Notes: generated from the sequence alone by a model not told the origin. A stretch of DNA of 27,157 nt from Octopus sinensis (GCF_006345805.1 NW_021834097.1:1-27157), one strand, 5' to 3'; shown: positions 10,620 through 22,480, numbered from the stretch's first letter. Made by a program: numbers and translations.

Positions 10620-11065
10620 ATAAAATTTAATACATCGGATTATGTTTTAGTAGTAAATAATTCTAATTTCCAATATATATATGATTTACATATCCCGCTC
10701 GAAACACTTCCTAAGAATACCGCAACATTTACCCAGAAATAACTGCTGACACAATAACATCGTCTCATAGAAAGAATGCCGAAAGAATAAGAAATGTTGA
10801 AAATTCGGTTTGGTTGGAACAGAACTTGTCGACGTTATGAAACGAGCTATTAGTATGACGATGTCTTGTGATTAATTTGAATACAGTAGCAGTTCCTCAA
10901 TTAGCGCTGAGAAGTGCTAAATTGTTGAGTTATACAATTTAGATGCTGTAATTAATAAATTACTGATAGCGTTATATCGAGACAATGGGTTAGCTTTGAC
11001 ACGCCAAGTTAATATTAAAAAAATAGGTACTCTCGAAATGGATTTAAGCAACACTTTAAACATCT

Positions 11066-11297
11066 TATTTCTTTATTGCTCACAAGGGGCTAAACACAGA
11101 TGGAACAAACAAGGACAGACAAAGCGATTAAGCCGATTATATCGACCCCAGTGCTTAACTGGTACTTATTTAATCGACCCCGAAAGGATGAAAGGCAAAG
11201 TCGACCTCGGCGGAATTTGAACTCGCAAAGTAGCGGTAGACGAAATACTGCTCAGCATTTCGCCCGGCGTGCTAATGTTTCTGCCAGCTCGCCGCCT
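11066..11297 (-). mobile_element. SINE type B, full-length monomer
   Basis: Homologous to the 7600-7832 unit. 18-bp TSD gc(a/g)acactttaaacatct at 11048-11065 and 11298-11315. Confidence 0.93.
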
Positions 11298-11320
11298 GCG
11301 ACACTTTAAACATCTGCGGC

Positions 11321-11532
11321 CGGGCTAAACATAGAGGGGACAAACAAAGACAGACAAACGGAATAAGTCGATTATATCGACCCCAGTGCTTAACTGGTAC
11401 TTAATTTATCGACCCCGAAAGGATGAAAGGCAAAGTCGACCTCGGCGGAATTTGAACCCACAACGTAACGGCAGACGAAATACGGCTACGCCTTTCGCCC
11501 GGCGTGCTAACGTTTCTGCCAGCTCGCCGCCT
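11321..11532 (-). mobile_element. SINE type B lacking the last about 20 nt of the tail
   Basis: Homologous to 11066-11297 from gggctaaac to gctcgccgcct. Confidence 0.9.
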
Positions 11533-12090
11533 TCATAACAAATAGAATAATCCAGTGGAAGAGTTCATATACATAAAAAAAACGATTCTGCCCCATTTTC
11601 CATTATTTCCCAGAAGTGAGTTCGCATCTAAGAACGTATGTACTTAACGTCAAACAAAAAACAAATTCCACAAAATACCTCATATTATAATAATGACGCC
11701 AAAGAAAAAGAAAGACAAGGATGAGGTTTGCATCACTTTCAAACCCTGGACAACTTGCTGAAACAATTACAGAGAAAACACGAAGTAGAATAATAAAACA
11801 ATTTGTCTCAATTTGCTTCTAAATGACAAAACTAATACAACAAAATTGTTTCACTATCTTGGCTACACACATTGGCCACAGATACGCGAAGTCATTCAAG
11901 CGTAATACACTGAATAATGACAACAGAATCACACCCAACATGAAAAATAGTTTATCTAAATAACCTATTGATAACCAGGCAGATAATATATGGTTCAGAC
12001 ACAAAAATGATCGAATAACACCCTTTAGCCTCATGATATAAATCACCGATTGAAAAGACGCATATATTCTGCTAAAGCAAGCCCGATTTT

Positions 12091-12471
12091 GGATCTTTTC
12101 GGTTTGAACGGCAGTTTTTAACACAATTTCTAGGTAACTGGAAAATTTTAAACTTCGTATACTGGTAGAAAGTGTGTGTAAAGCATCTTTTTCTCTTGGT
12201 TTTATTGAGAAATTCTATAGTTTGTAAGATATTTGTTGTTGTTTTTTCTTCAATTTCTGCAATTTCAACCAATCAGTGACGTCTATTGAGTTAAAAAGCA
12301 TTCTGTGCCGTATGAATATGTCCCTCGTTTAAGAAACAGATTGGGTTTATTTAACTAACCCAAACCCTAAATGAGATTGAAATGCAATAGATCGATTCTA
12401 GGGTCATAATTATGGGTGACAATTTCATAGGACACCGCTAGAAAAAACTGCCGTTCAAACCGAAAATATCC
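12091..12471 (-). mobile_element. Non-autonomous DNA transposon (MITE), copy 2, inverted relative to copy 1
   Basis: Same TIRs. TSD ccgatttt at 12083-12090 and 12472-12479. It is 47 bp shorter than copy 1, owing to a deletion in the G-rich internal part. Confidence 0.92.
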
Positions 12472-13162
12472 CCGATTTTTATTATAAGAATAACATCATT
12501 ATACAGCTAGGAATGCGAAAAATTTGAAGAACCACTGAGCACAACCAGAGTTTATCATTCCGAAACGAGGAAAAGAATGCCAACGACCTTTCAAAGTAAA
12601 CATGAAAACAGAAAGACGAGAGAATTAACGATTTTATCATCATTTGCGATTTATCAACCAGTGATAAGCTAAACATACAGATAATTTCAGCGAAAGGATA
12701 TTTAATCTTGGCGAAAGACTTTTTAATTTTAATTAATCTTAAGATCACAAACTGTTCGTTTAAATATGCAGTCAAAGTTATTTTTAAAATACAGACATAT
12801 TGACAAGTGACTCACAGACATATTGATACGATTTTCATTGGAAGTTGGAACAGAACTAAAACAAAATGCTCTCTAAGTCGTCTATTTAATATCCATACAA
12901 TAGACTGGAAATCCTCATTGCAATTTTTCCAACGTAACGTATATTATACTACATTTCACATCCAAAACACGTGAATGTCAGGCTATATATTATGTATAAT
13001 TCTTACAATCCTATAACTGACTCCCAGGATCCATTCCCATCGAGACTGTTTAGAAAAGTTGTGTAGAATAATGCCATACTTTACCATTGAAAACTTTAGC
13101 AGACTCTCGACAGTATTACGACTTGCATTTCACTCAGAAACAGTTATATGTATATATATATA

Positions 13163-13300
13163 AAAGTAAAAAAATACAAACTGGGACGAGAACGTGAAAC
13201 ATTTAGAAGATGACACAAAAAACACGGACGGGACATTCGAAGCCTTCAATCTTCAGTCAAGAACCGGATCATTCTCGCAATTTCGGCTGATTAATCTTAT
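13163..13300 (-). repeat. Short interspersed repeat fragment ending in (TA)n with a degenerate CTGAAGA...TCGAA motif
   Basis: Minus strand reads ttgactgaagattgaaggcttcgaatgtcccgtccgtg, then about 90 nt, then (TA)n. The layout resembles the other hammerhead-like repeats, but the fold is incomplete. Confidence 0.35.
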
Positions 13301-13304
13301 ATAT

Positions 13305-13564
13305 AAACTTCTAAAGTTTAGATGGACTGGACACGTCGCCCGGCACACCGATAATCGGTGGACCCGCGCAGTTGTCGAGTGGTACCCGCGCGAGCGGAAA
13401 CGACCACCCGGAAGGCCTCCACGACGGTGGAGTTACGATTTCAGGAGGACGATTGGGATCACGTGGATAAGAAAGGCGCGATCCAGAGAGGAGTGGACAG
13501 CGTGCTGTGACCAGTGGTGTCAAATGGACGCCTGACGGACTGGTCGGTCAATGTGATCAAGGTA
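13305..13564 (+). mobile_element. 5'-truncated RTE-clade LINE 3' end with an intact C-terminal reading frame and short 3' UTR
   Basis: KLLKFRWTGHVARHTDNRWTRAVVEWYPRERKRPPGRPPRRWSYDFRRTIGITWIRKARSREEWTACCDQWCQMDA* (stop at 13533-13535) is the typical RTE C-terminus. Followed by (TA)n. The upstream part of ORF 13194..13535 is unrelated repeat sequence. Confidence 0.9.
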
Positions 13565-13592
13565 ATATATATATATATATATATATATAATA

Positions 13593-13841
13593 GATGTTCC
13601 TTCTCGAGCCATGTCAGGATCATAAGGGCCGATTTCCCGGCTTCAGTGGCGTAGAAATTCCCCACCTGGATGGGACGCCGTTCCGTCGCAGGATTACTCA
13701 TTTTTGCCAGCTGAGTGGACTGGAGCAACGTGAAAATGGAGTGTTTTCCTCAAGAACACAACGAATCGCCCGGTTCAGTAATCGAAACCACAACGTTACG
13801 ATCCTGAAATTAACACCCTAATCACTAAGCCACGCACCACC
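13593..13841 (-). mobile_element. SINE type C1, full length
   Basis: Reverse complement aligns with 1186-1446, including A box tggcttagtg and the shared central block. Confidence 0.9.
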
Positions 13842-13861
13842 AGACATACACACACACAACT

Positions 13862-13880
13862 ATATCTCTCTCTCTCTCTC

Positions 13881-13913
<33 letters not shown>

Positions 13914-13990
13914 ATATATATATATATATATAGATAGATAGATAGATAGATAGATAGATGATAGATAGATAGATAGATAGATAGAGAGAA
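13862..13990. repeat. (TC)n/(TA)n/(GATA)n compound microsatellite
   Basis: Directly visible. Confidence 0.95.
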
Positions 13991-14934
13991 ATAGATACAT
14001 ATATGTATGCATATACATATAACCATATATATGCGAGCGTGTGTGTGTCCGCATTCACACGGCATATATACACGCTCAAAACGGACAAGGAACAAACAGA
14101 CACACACAAGCTCGCATATATGTTTAATAATATATACTGCATACAATAGGTCGAAAGACATATCAAGCTGCGTTATATAATAACTTATACTAAAAACCAT
14201 GTATGAATGATATTATATAAGGAAATCAAGTTGTATTAATAAAAGAAAATTCAAAGTATACGACTTGACTGTGGATATGACATACTCGAAGTTTAGTCAG
14301 CGTCAGAGCTGATCCGTCAATAAGGAGGGCTGAGAAATTATGGTAGTCTTGACTGGGAGAAAAATATTGTCATTACTAAGAAAATATCATTAAAATACTA
14401 AAATGGAGTCACTTTTCACGGCAAGAATGACTTTTCTTGCAGCAAAGATGCGGGAATTGTTATCTCGTGAAATAATATGAAGGAGAGCTGCAGGAAGAAA
14501 ATTCCGTCACGTCCATGAAAGACGTTCGTGTTGGCTTCAGGGGACATGTTTGTTCTTTACTTAATTGAATGATACCTACAATAAACTGGTGGAATGAAAC
14601 GCTATTTGGTATGGAGAAATACATGTTATGCATCTGTGGCGGATTTTACCGTGTGTAAAGCTGTGACCATGGTGATCGGTGAATACTACGAGTGTTTTCG
14701 GAGTAAAGAGAATCGGTTTAGATATTAGGAACTAAATGGAAATGATGGATAACGAAATGGTCCCAGACCATAAGGATGGATAGAAAATGCGGATCTCGGT
14801 AACATATGCTCGGATTGGTATGGTCAGTGATGCAGGGAAGAAAGCGAAGGAAAAAGATGGAGGAGGAGGAGAAGCAGAAAAAATGAGTAAAGATAACGAA
14901 TGGATTATAGTGGTGGTAATAATAAATATGATAG

Positions 14935-15670
14935 GGCAGAGAGCTGGCAGAAACGTTAGCACGATGGGCGAAATGCTTAGCAGTATTTCGTCTGTCTTTA
15001 CGTTGTGAGTTCAAATTCCGTCGAGATCGACTTTGTCTTCCATCCTTTCGGGGTCGATAAATTAAGTACCAATTACGCGAGGGCACGTGGCTTAGTGGTT
15101 AGGGCATTCGGCTCATGATCGTAAGGTTGTGAGTTCGATTCCCGGCGACGCGTTGTGTCCTTGAGCAAGACACTTTATTTCACGTTGCTCCAGTCCACTC
15201 AGCTGGCAAAAATGAGTTGTACTTGTATTTCAAAGGGTCAGCCTTGTCACGCTGATTATCCCCGAGAACTACGTTAAGGGTACACGTGTCTGTGGAATGC
15301 TCAGCCATTTGCACGTTAATTTCACGAGCAAGCTGTTCCGTTGATCGTATCAGCTGGGACCCTCGTCGTCGTAACCGGCGGAGTCTTTACCAATTACGCA
15401 CTGGGGTCGACATAATCGACCCAGTCCGTTTGTCTGTCCTTGTTTGTCCTCTCTGTGTTTAGCCCCTTGTGGGTAGTAAAGAAATAGGTATTTCATCTGC
15501 CGTTACGTTCTGAGTTCACATTCCGCCATTGTCGACTTTGCCATTCATCCTTTCGGGGTCGATTAAATAAGTACCAGTTACGCACTGGTGTCGTTGTAAT
15601 TGATTTTAATCCCATTTGTCTGTCCTTGTTTGTCTCCTCTAAGTCTAGCCCCCTGTGGGCAATAACAAAT
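14935..15670 (+). mobile_element. SINE type B dimer, first unit interrupted by a nested SINE
   Basis: Unit 1 is 14935-15078 plus 15400-15487; head-less unit 2 is 15488-15670. The junction gaaataggtatttc at 15481-15494 is the reverse complement of 7592-7605. Confidence 0.88.
15079..15387 (+). mobile_element. SINE type C2 (C head and core, different tail) nested in SINE B
   Basis: A box tggcttagtgg and B box gagttcgattccc. 12-bp perfect TSD taccaattacgc at 15067-15078 and 15388-15399. Confidence 0.93.
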
Positions 15671-16199
15671 ATATATAATGCGACATTGTGTATAAACATG
15701 AGTGTATGTGTGTATAGACAGCTAGCTAGCCACATAGATACAGAGATTAAAGACATGTCTAAGAAGATATGCTTAGCAAAATATACTCATACACACATGC
15801 ACACATACACATTAACACCTCACACACACACACATATATGTGTGTGTGTGTGTGTATTATCCTTGTAGTTGGACGATGGCTTGACAGTCCAAATCTGCGG
15901 AAACACCGTCAATAATATACTTGTTTACGACTAATCAATTTCTACGCTAAAAAAATATTTAGAGTAACAAGTCAGATGTATGCAAAATTGCTTTTAACAT
16001 AACTAAATATACAAGCAACCATTAAATATAAATATATATATATGGTAAGAGACAAAAAGTATTAGTATTGTAGATATGTCGGATAGTTTGAAAAGAAATC
16101 GACTAAAAATATGTTACGTTTGTAAACATGAAATTTTGATTTATAAAATGTCATTTATTTCATCGTGACAACATACACACATGCTTATATAGGAATAGG

Positions 16200-16200
<1 letters not shown>

Positions 16201-16253
<53 letters not shown>

Positions 16254-16324
16254 CTGTGTGTGTATGAATATATATACTCACACACACACATATATGTGTG
16301 TGTGTATATGAATATATATATACT

Positions 16325-16370
<46 letters not shown>

Positions 16371-16411
16371 CGTACGTATATATATATGTATGTGTGTATA
16401 TATATATATGC

Positions 16412-16473
<62 letters not shown>
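16201..16473. repeat. Compound (TA)n/(TG)n/(CA)n microsatellite
   Basis: Directly visible. Confidence 0.95.
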
Positions 16474-16478
<5 letters not shown>

Positions 16479-16689
16479 ATATATGCTTGTATATATGTAT
16501 TGCTGAAAGAGGGAAGGTATATAAAGTACTTTATTAAGTGTAACATGTATTTGTATCTAAGTGTGTGTAAATAAATGATGTTATCAGCGTATATATTTTT
16601 TGTATGTACGCACCATGTATATGTACGTATATATCTATATATACATTAATTCGCGCATATAAACTCACATATACACATACGTTCGTAGA

Positions 16690-16950
16690 CACATACAATC
16701 ATACAGACATACATGCGCATACATAAACATGTGCATGCATGTATACACGCATGCATGCATACATACATATGTATATACATACATACATACATACATGCGT
16801 ATATACATACATACATTCATATAATTATAAGTTCATACAAACAGACATTCGTACCTGCATACGTACAATACATAATACATACATACACACATACATACAT
16901 ACATACATAGGTATATACATACATACATACATGCGTATATACATACATAA
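16690..16950. repeat. (CATA)n-dominated microsatellite
   Basis: Directly visible. Confidence 0.9.
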
Positions 16951-17410
16951 GTACGCTCGTACGGATATACTTAGAAACGTACATAAAGTCACATCGCACG
17001 TCTCCAAAATGTCGTTTTTAGGATCGATAAAATCTATTTTCCTGTGAAGGTTTTTCATGTACCAATTTAATTAAAGATGATTTTTCTTCAATTTAAACAA
17101 GGAAAGTCGTGAGTCACTAAATATATTAGCCTCAAGGTATCCGTTTCCATACATTAGTTTGTTTTTCTTCTGCGAACATGGTTTTTTTCTTTCTTCCCAA
17201 TTATTTTTACAGAGACATACGTTGACGAGTGTGAACGCTCAAACAGCAATTCACCACACAGAAGCACACAAACTCTAGGATGTAGATATATATAATTTAC
17301 TAACAGAGATGCGTAGATACATACGTACATACATACATACTTGCAAACACGTATATCGATAGATATGTTTGTGTATAGTCACTCACGCATTTGTTGTCTC
17401 TCATTTCCTC

Positions 17411-17444
<34 letters not shown>

Positions 17445-17459
<15 letters not shown>

Positions 17460-17583
17460 TTGTGTATATTTATACACGTATATATGCCTATATATCCATA
17501 TATATGTGTGTGTGTTTGTGTATATTTATACACGTATATATGCCTATATATCCATATATATATGTGTGTGTTTGTGTATATAT
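17445..17583. repeat. 56-bp tandem duplication inside a microsatellite
   Basis: gtttgtgtatat starts at 17458, 17514 and 17570; the first two units are near-identical. Confidence 0.85.
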
Positions 17584-17612
17584 ATATAAGCATATGTATT
17601 TATATACATGCA

Positions 17613-17643
<31 letters not shown>

Positions 17644-17992
17644 GTATTTATATACATATAGATATATATATATATATATGTATACATATATACATGCGAG
17701 TGTGTGTTTGTGGTTATCAGTGCATGTGTTTATGGTGATGTTATAATTAATTGCCAGTAATTAACGAGAGGAACAATCCGATCATTATGTATATATAAAC
17801 ATCTCTATAAGTATGCCTATTGTAACGTGTAGTTATAATAGGTGAATAAACACTCGAAATGGTTTACAACACAATTATATAAACATGTACACACAAATAT
17901 GTATGTATATGTGTGCGTGATTGTGTTTGTGTATACACATGTACTTATATACATCTGCATATATATATATATATATTACAGACGCACACACA

Positions 17993-18220
17993 TTCTTTTA
18001 TTCGTTTACTCGTTTCAGTGTTTTGACTGTGGCTATGCTGGAGCAGAGCGTTCAAGGTTTTTAGTCGAACAAATCGACCCTAGGAATTAATTTTGTTAAT
18101 TCTTGTCCGTATTCGATCGGTCTTTTGTCACACTGTTAAGTTATTGGGTACGTAAGTATATCAACGCTTATTGTCAAGCTGTGATGAGGGACAAACAGAC
18201 ACACAAAGGCACACACGCAT
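17993..18220 (-). mobile_element. 3' half of a diverged SINE type A
   Basis: gtttcagtgttttgactgtggctatgctggagc...tagtcgaacaaatcgacc matches type A. It ends at the internal microsatellite. Confidence 0.8.
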
Positions 18221-18243
18221 AGTTATATATATATATATATATA

Positions 18244-18616
18244 TATTATATTAAATTAGATAACACTACGATCTTTTCATGGCTGTTCAATTCTTAAAAA
18301 TTTCGAGTTACAGTCATTCTTCAGGTGGTTTAAATATGTAAACCACCTGAAGATGACTGTAACTCGAAAATTTTAAGAATTGAACAGCCATGAAGCGATC
18401 GTAGTGTTATATTAATTATCGTTTTTAATAATTTTTATATATATTTAAATAATATAAATTAATTAATCTTATGTATTGGCTTGAGTTTTTCATTGTATGA
18501 TTTGCCTAATAGTGGTTTTATCTCTAATTTAATATAATATAATATTTTACTATAAAATTGGATTCAATCCTAAATCTGATTTTTCCCTGTAAGTGTGGAT
18601 TTATTCCCTAATATTT

Positions 18617-18620
<4 letters not shown>
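18244..18620. mobile_element. AT-rich element between (TA)n tracts containing a long inverted duplication
   Basis: Arms 18260-18332 and 18339-18410 are reverse complements around the 6-nt spacer aatatg. 18244-18262 is also the reverse complement of about 18519-18540. Confidence 0.65.
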
Positions 18621-18651
<31 letters not shown>

Positions 18652-19329
18652 CATATATATATATATTTATATATATATGTGTGTGTGTGTATAAAACGAA
18701 GCATTGGCGCAAAGCGGTGGTTGGATATGATCACAATTTAAGTTAGGTCGTGGGTGATCGACTAGCGTTCACTGAATTATGTATATAGCTGCAGGCTTTA
18801 AACATAATTCAGATACCTAAAGTTTTCGTGCCATGACCAACCCATTTATTTCTCTTACATTGTACCTACCCACCCAACATTACTAGATTTACCTGCAAGA
18901 ATCACATTAGTTATATATTTCATTTTATTCCACATAAACGGCTAAGTAGAATGAAATTTATTCTACGCATGACTGTGTGTATATATACATATGTGAGTGT
19001 GTGCATGTGTATATTTATTCAAGGTAGCTTGGCCAATAAGTAAAATTTATTGACAAATCTAGACGGCATGAATTGACTGCTATGCCATGCAGATCGTGGG
19101 ACCACATAGAGGTATAATAAAGCAGTCGAAACTTGTTGGCAGCAAATTCCCTCTCGCGTCTTTAAATTGCCAAGCTTTTGAATATGTTCGTTCGGAGAAA
19201 TTGAGTCACGACTTATAATCAAAGTTTGTCAAAATCTCAACCATATGGTACCTCGATTCAGTAATTGTGTTCAGCTATATACGGTGCAGAATGTGTGAAA
19301 AATATGATAAAATATCTGAAAAATTCCTA

Positions 19330-19890
19330 CGTTCCACAATTTACAAACTGTGATGAGAGAAATAAACTCTAGTTACTCTTACTGTAAAGTTTGCAGAGGT
19401 GAAATATGAGCTCACAAAACGGCATTAACAAAGCATCGTACTTCAGCTGAACATTAAAACACAGCGAGCTGTAATAAAATGAAATTCACAACAAACTCTC
19501 AAAGCAGTTTTCCTCGGCAACAAAACAATAATATTAGGACTGCAGTTGGCAGCATTTGTCGCTTGCGATGCGAGTATTTGAAGCATCAATCATTTACGAG
19601 AATTTCTTAATAACGGAATCCCTTCATCATCAAATATTTTTGATTCGAAACTGCTTGTAAGATGGACGGCACTTAAAAAAATTTATTACTGCAGGCTTAC
19701 TGGAAGAACAAATTGAAGATTGGCATTATTCAGTTCTTCGTGCTTTTGGACGAATCAGATAATATTGCCTGTGACAAACAATTATGTACATGTGTGAGTG
19801 TGCATAAGAAAAAACGTGTGTGTGAGCGCGTTTTTTCCTTTTGGGATGTGTTTGGCTATAGTACTGATTGAGAAAATACAATTGTATTTA
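19330..19890 (+). pseudogene. Decayed hAT-superfamily transposase fragment
   Basis: Manual translation across frameshifts gives YCKVCRGEI*AHKTALTKHRTSAEH (zinc finger, from 19380), LQLAAFVACDASI*SINHL (from 19540), FVLLDESDNIACDKQLCTCV (DES at 19749-19757) and FGYSTD. These match the order of motifs in hAT transposase N-terminal and catalytic regions. Confidence 0.75.
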
Positions 19891-20963
19891 TATATTTGCT
19901 GTTAATTCTTGTTCCAAAATAAATCACTGAAATTTTGCATCATATCTTGAAATGTTTTTGGCAGATTAGGAAATAATGTTAAAATCGTCTTGCTCCTTCA
20001 ACAGTTACAACTGTTGGCCATTGTGGAATTTTTAATTCTCTGCACGCATTAATGAAATTCGATAATCTAAATTTAATTACATTTATCCCCTCTCCGCATT
20101 TAGCGAGTTCACCTACAGTCGAAGAATTATATCTATCAGAGAAAATCTGCAAGTAGTTCCTCAGATCGATTCTACGAAAGACTCTTACACAGAAATTAGA
20201 ATTAATCATATTCTATGGCAAAAAATCAAAGCAAAAAATCCCCCCTCATACCCAGAAGATGATCGATGAGATGTAACTGTCTAAAAAAAGGATTCTAAGC
20301 AGGCATTGCATTAAAATTATATTTTCAGACGAGACATATTTTAAATGCAAAAAAGTCTTATGCAAAGGAATGGTACATTAACATGCAGACTCAAAGAGTT
20401 TTATTTGATATTTAATGGACGCCTTTTGTCTAAACGACTCCGTCAGTGAAGGTTGATATTAAATCAGTACTAGTTCACAAAGGCTTGGGCAAGATTTTCT
20501 AAGGAATACTGCTAGATATCTACGTGTACAAGTTTACAGTCTTTACCCACAATGATGCTCATTCAAGAGAAATGTTATCGACTTGGGCCGATACAGGTTT
20601 GCACCAGTATCATTGCTGCCGGACAGCCTTTAAGATATTTCCTTCGGCAAAGGTCCGAAGTAACTATTTAAAAAAATATTTCGTCTTACCCTCTAAAATT
20701 TCTGCCAATCTAACGCCTTGAAAAGTACTTTAAATCAACGTTCTGAAAGCTTCGCAATTTCATTGAAGGGATCTAATATTATTTTGGGTAGGAATTCTTC
20801 AATTCTGTCAGTAGAGTTTCGTTAACCCCCCCCCACACACACACACAAGCAAGAAAATGCTGTACAAATACAATTCCTTGCCGCTTGTGCAAAGGATACT
20901 TCAATCGTGTACTAAGAAACATTAAGAAGCTCCAGAAGATTAATGAATTTGCTTCCAATAAGT

Positions 20964-21154
20964 GAAGGCGCGTAGTTTAGTGGTTAGGGTGTTAGAATCA
21001 TGATCATAAGATTCTGGTTTCGATACTTGGAGCGAGCGACACGTTGCTTCGTTTCGCTCAGCTGGCAGAAGTGAGTAAACCTGCAATGCATCGGCGTCCC
21101 GTCCAGGGGGGGAAATATATGCGCCATGGAAACCGGGAACCCGACCCTCATGAG
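20964..21154 (+). mobile_element. SINE type C1 with an internal deletion in the core
   Basis: Head ggcgcgtagtttagtggttagggtgt and tail cggcgtcccgtccagggggg...gaaaccgggaa match 1186-1446. The segment between the two cgttg motifs is missing. Confidence 0.8.
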
Positions 21155-21580
21155 TTTTACCAACCTCTAGCATAGTCATTCGTATTTTCCCTTTAACCTT
21201 GGGTGAACAATCAAAGTTATACATGTTAATCGGTAACAGAAACCGCTGGCATTCGATTAGAAATGAACATTTCCTGACCATACTCTTGTTCTGGGTATAA
21301 AAATGTTACGAAGTAGCATGCTATCACTTTAATTTGAAAATTCTAGATTAATGCGATAATCTTTTAAAAAGTTTGAGCAAATTTTTATGAAAGTAATCAG
21401 GAAACTCTATCCCCAACGAGCTTTTCCTTTTAGGACTGCAAAAGTTTGCATTAAAGACAACTTGGCTGCTATTTCTAGCATGTTATCATCCACATGTTTC
21501 CTTATCATGAAAACAATGTCTAATTATTAGTTTTAAAATTTTGGCACATTGCCAGCAATTTCAGGTGAGGGGTAAGACAA

Positions 21581-21657
21581 TTACGTCGACCCCAGTGTGC
21601 AACTGCTCCATTTTTTATTGACCTCGAAAACATGAAGGGCGAAGTGGACTTGGGCGT
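21581..21657 (-). mobile_element. Old SINE type B fragment
   Basis: gtcgaccccagtgtgcaactg...gacctcgaaaacatgaagggcgaagtggact resembles the SINE B core. Confidence 0.6.
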
Positions 21658-21886
21658 TTTCCAAAGTGCTTAGCTTTAAAGAGATTGATAAGGCGTAGCT
21701 GTGTGGTAAGATGCTTGGTTCCCGACCTCATGGTTCTGGGCTCAGTCGCACTGCATGGCATCTTGGATATGTGTTTTCAACTAAAGCCGTGGGCTGATCA
21801 AACCCTTGCGAGTGGATTTGGTTGACGGAAACTGAAAGCCTGTCTTATCTCTCTGTCTCTCCTCTCTCTTTCTCTCTGTCTCTGTG

Positions 21887-21918
<32 letters not shown>

Positions 21919-21926
21919 ATATACTA

Positions 21927-21970
<44 letters not shown>

Positions 21971-22134
21971 GTATATATATATATATATCATTATATATAT
22001 AGATATACATATATATATATCTATTATATATATATATATATATTACATATATTATATATATCATATGTATATATATATATATACATACTATATCTATTAT
22101 ATATATATATATATATAACATACATATATATATC

Positions 22135-22167
<33 letters not shown>

Positions 22168-22212
22168 CATCTATATTATATATATTATAATATATATATA
22201 TATACCTATATA

Positions 22213-22277
<65 letters not shown>

Positions 22278-22284
22278 ATATATC

Positions 22285-22318
<34 letters not shown>

Positions 22319-22413
22319 ACATATGTATATATATACAATATATAATATATATATATACCATATATAATATATATCTATATACATATATATATCTATATAT
22401 ATATATCCATATA

Positions 22414-22480
<67 letters not shown>

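Noticed and set aside
20240-20820. Minus-strand PSLCELVLI...ESF loosely resembling a hAT dimerisation motif
   Set aside because: The match is weak, has many stops, and lies on the opposite strand to the transposase relic.
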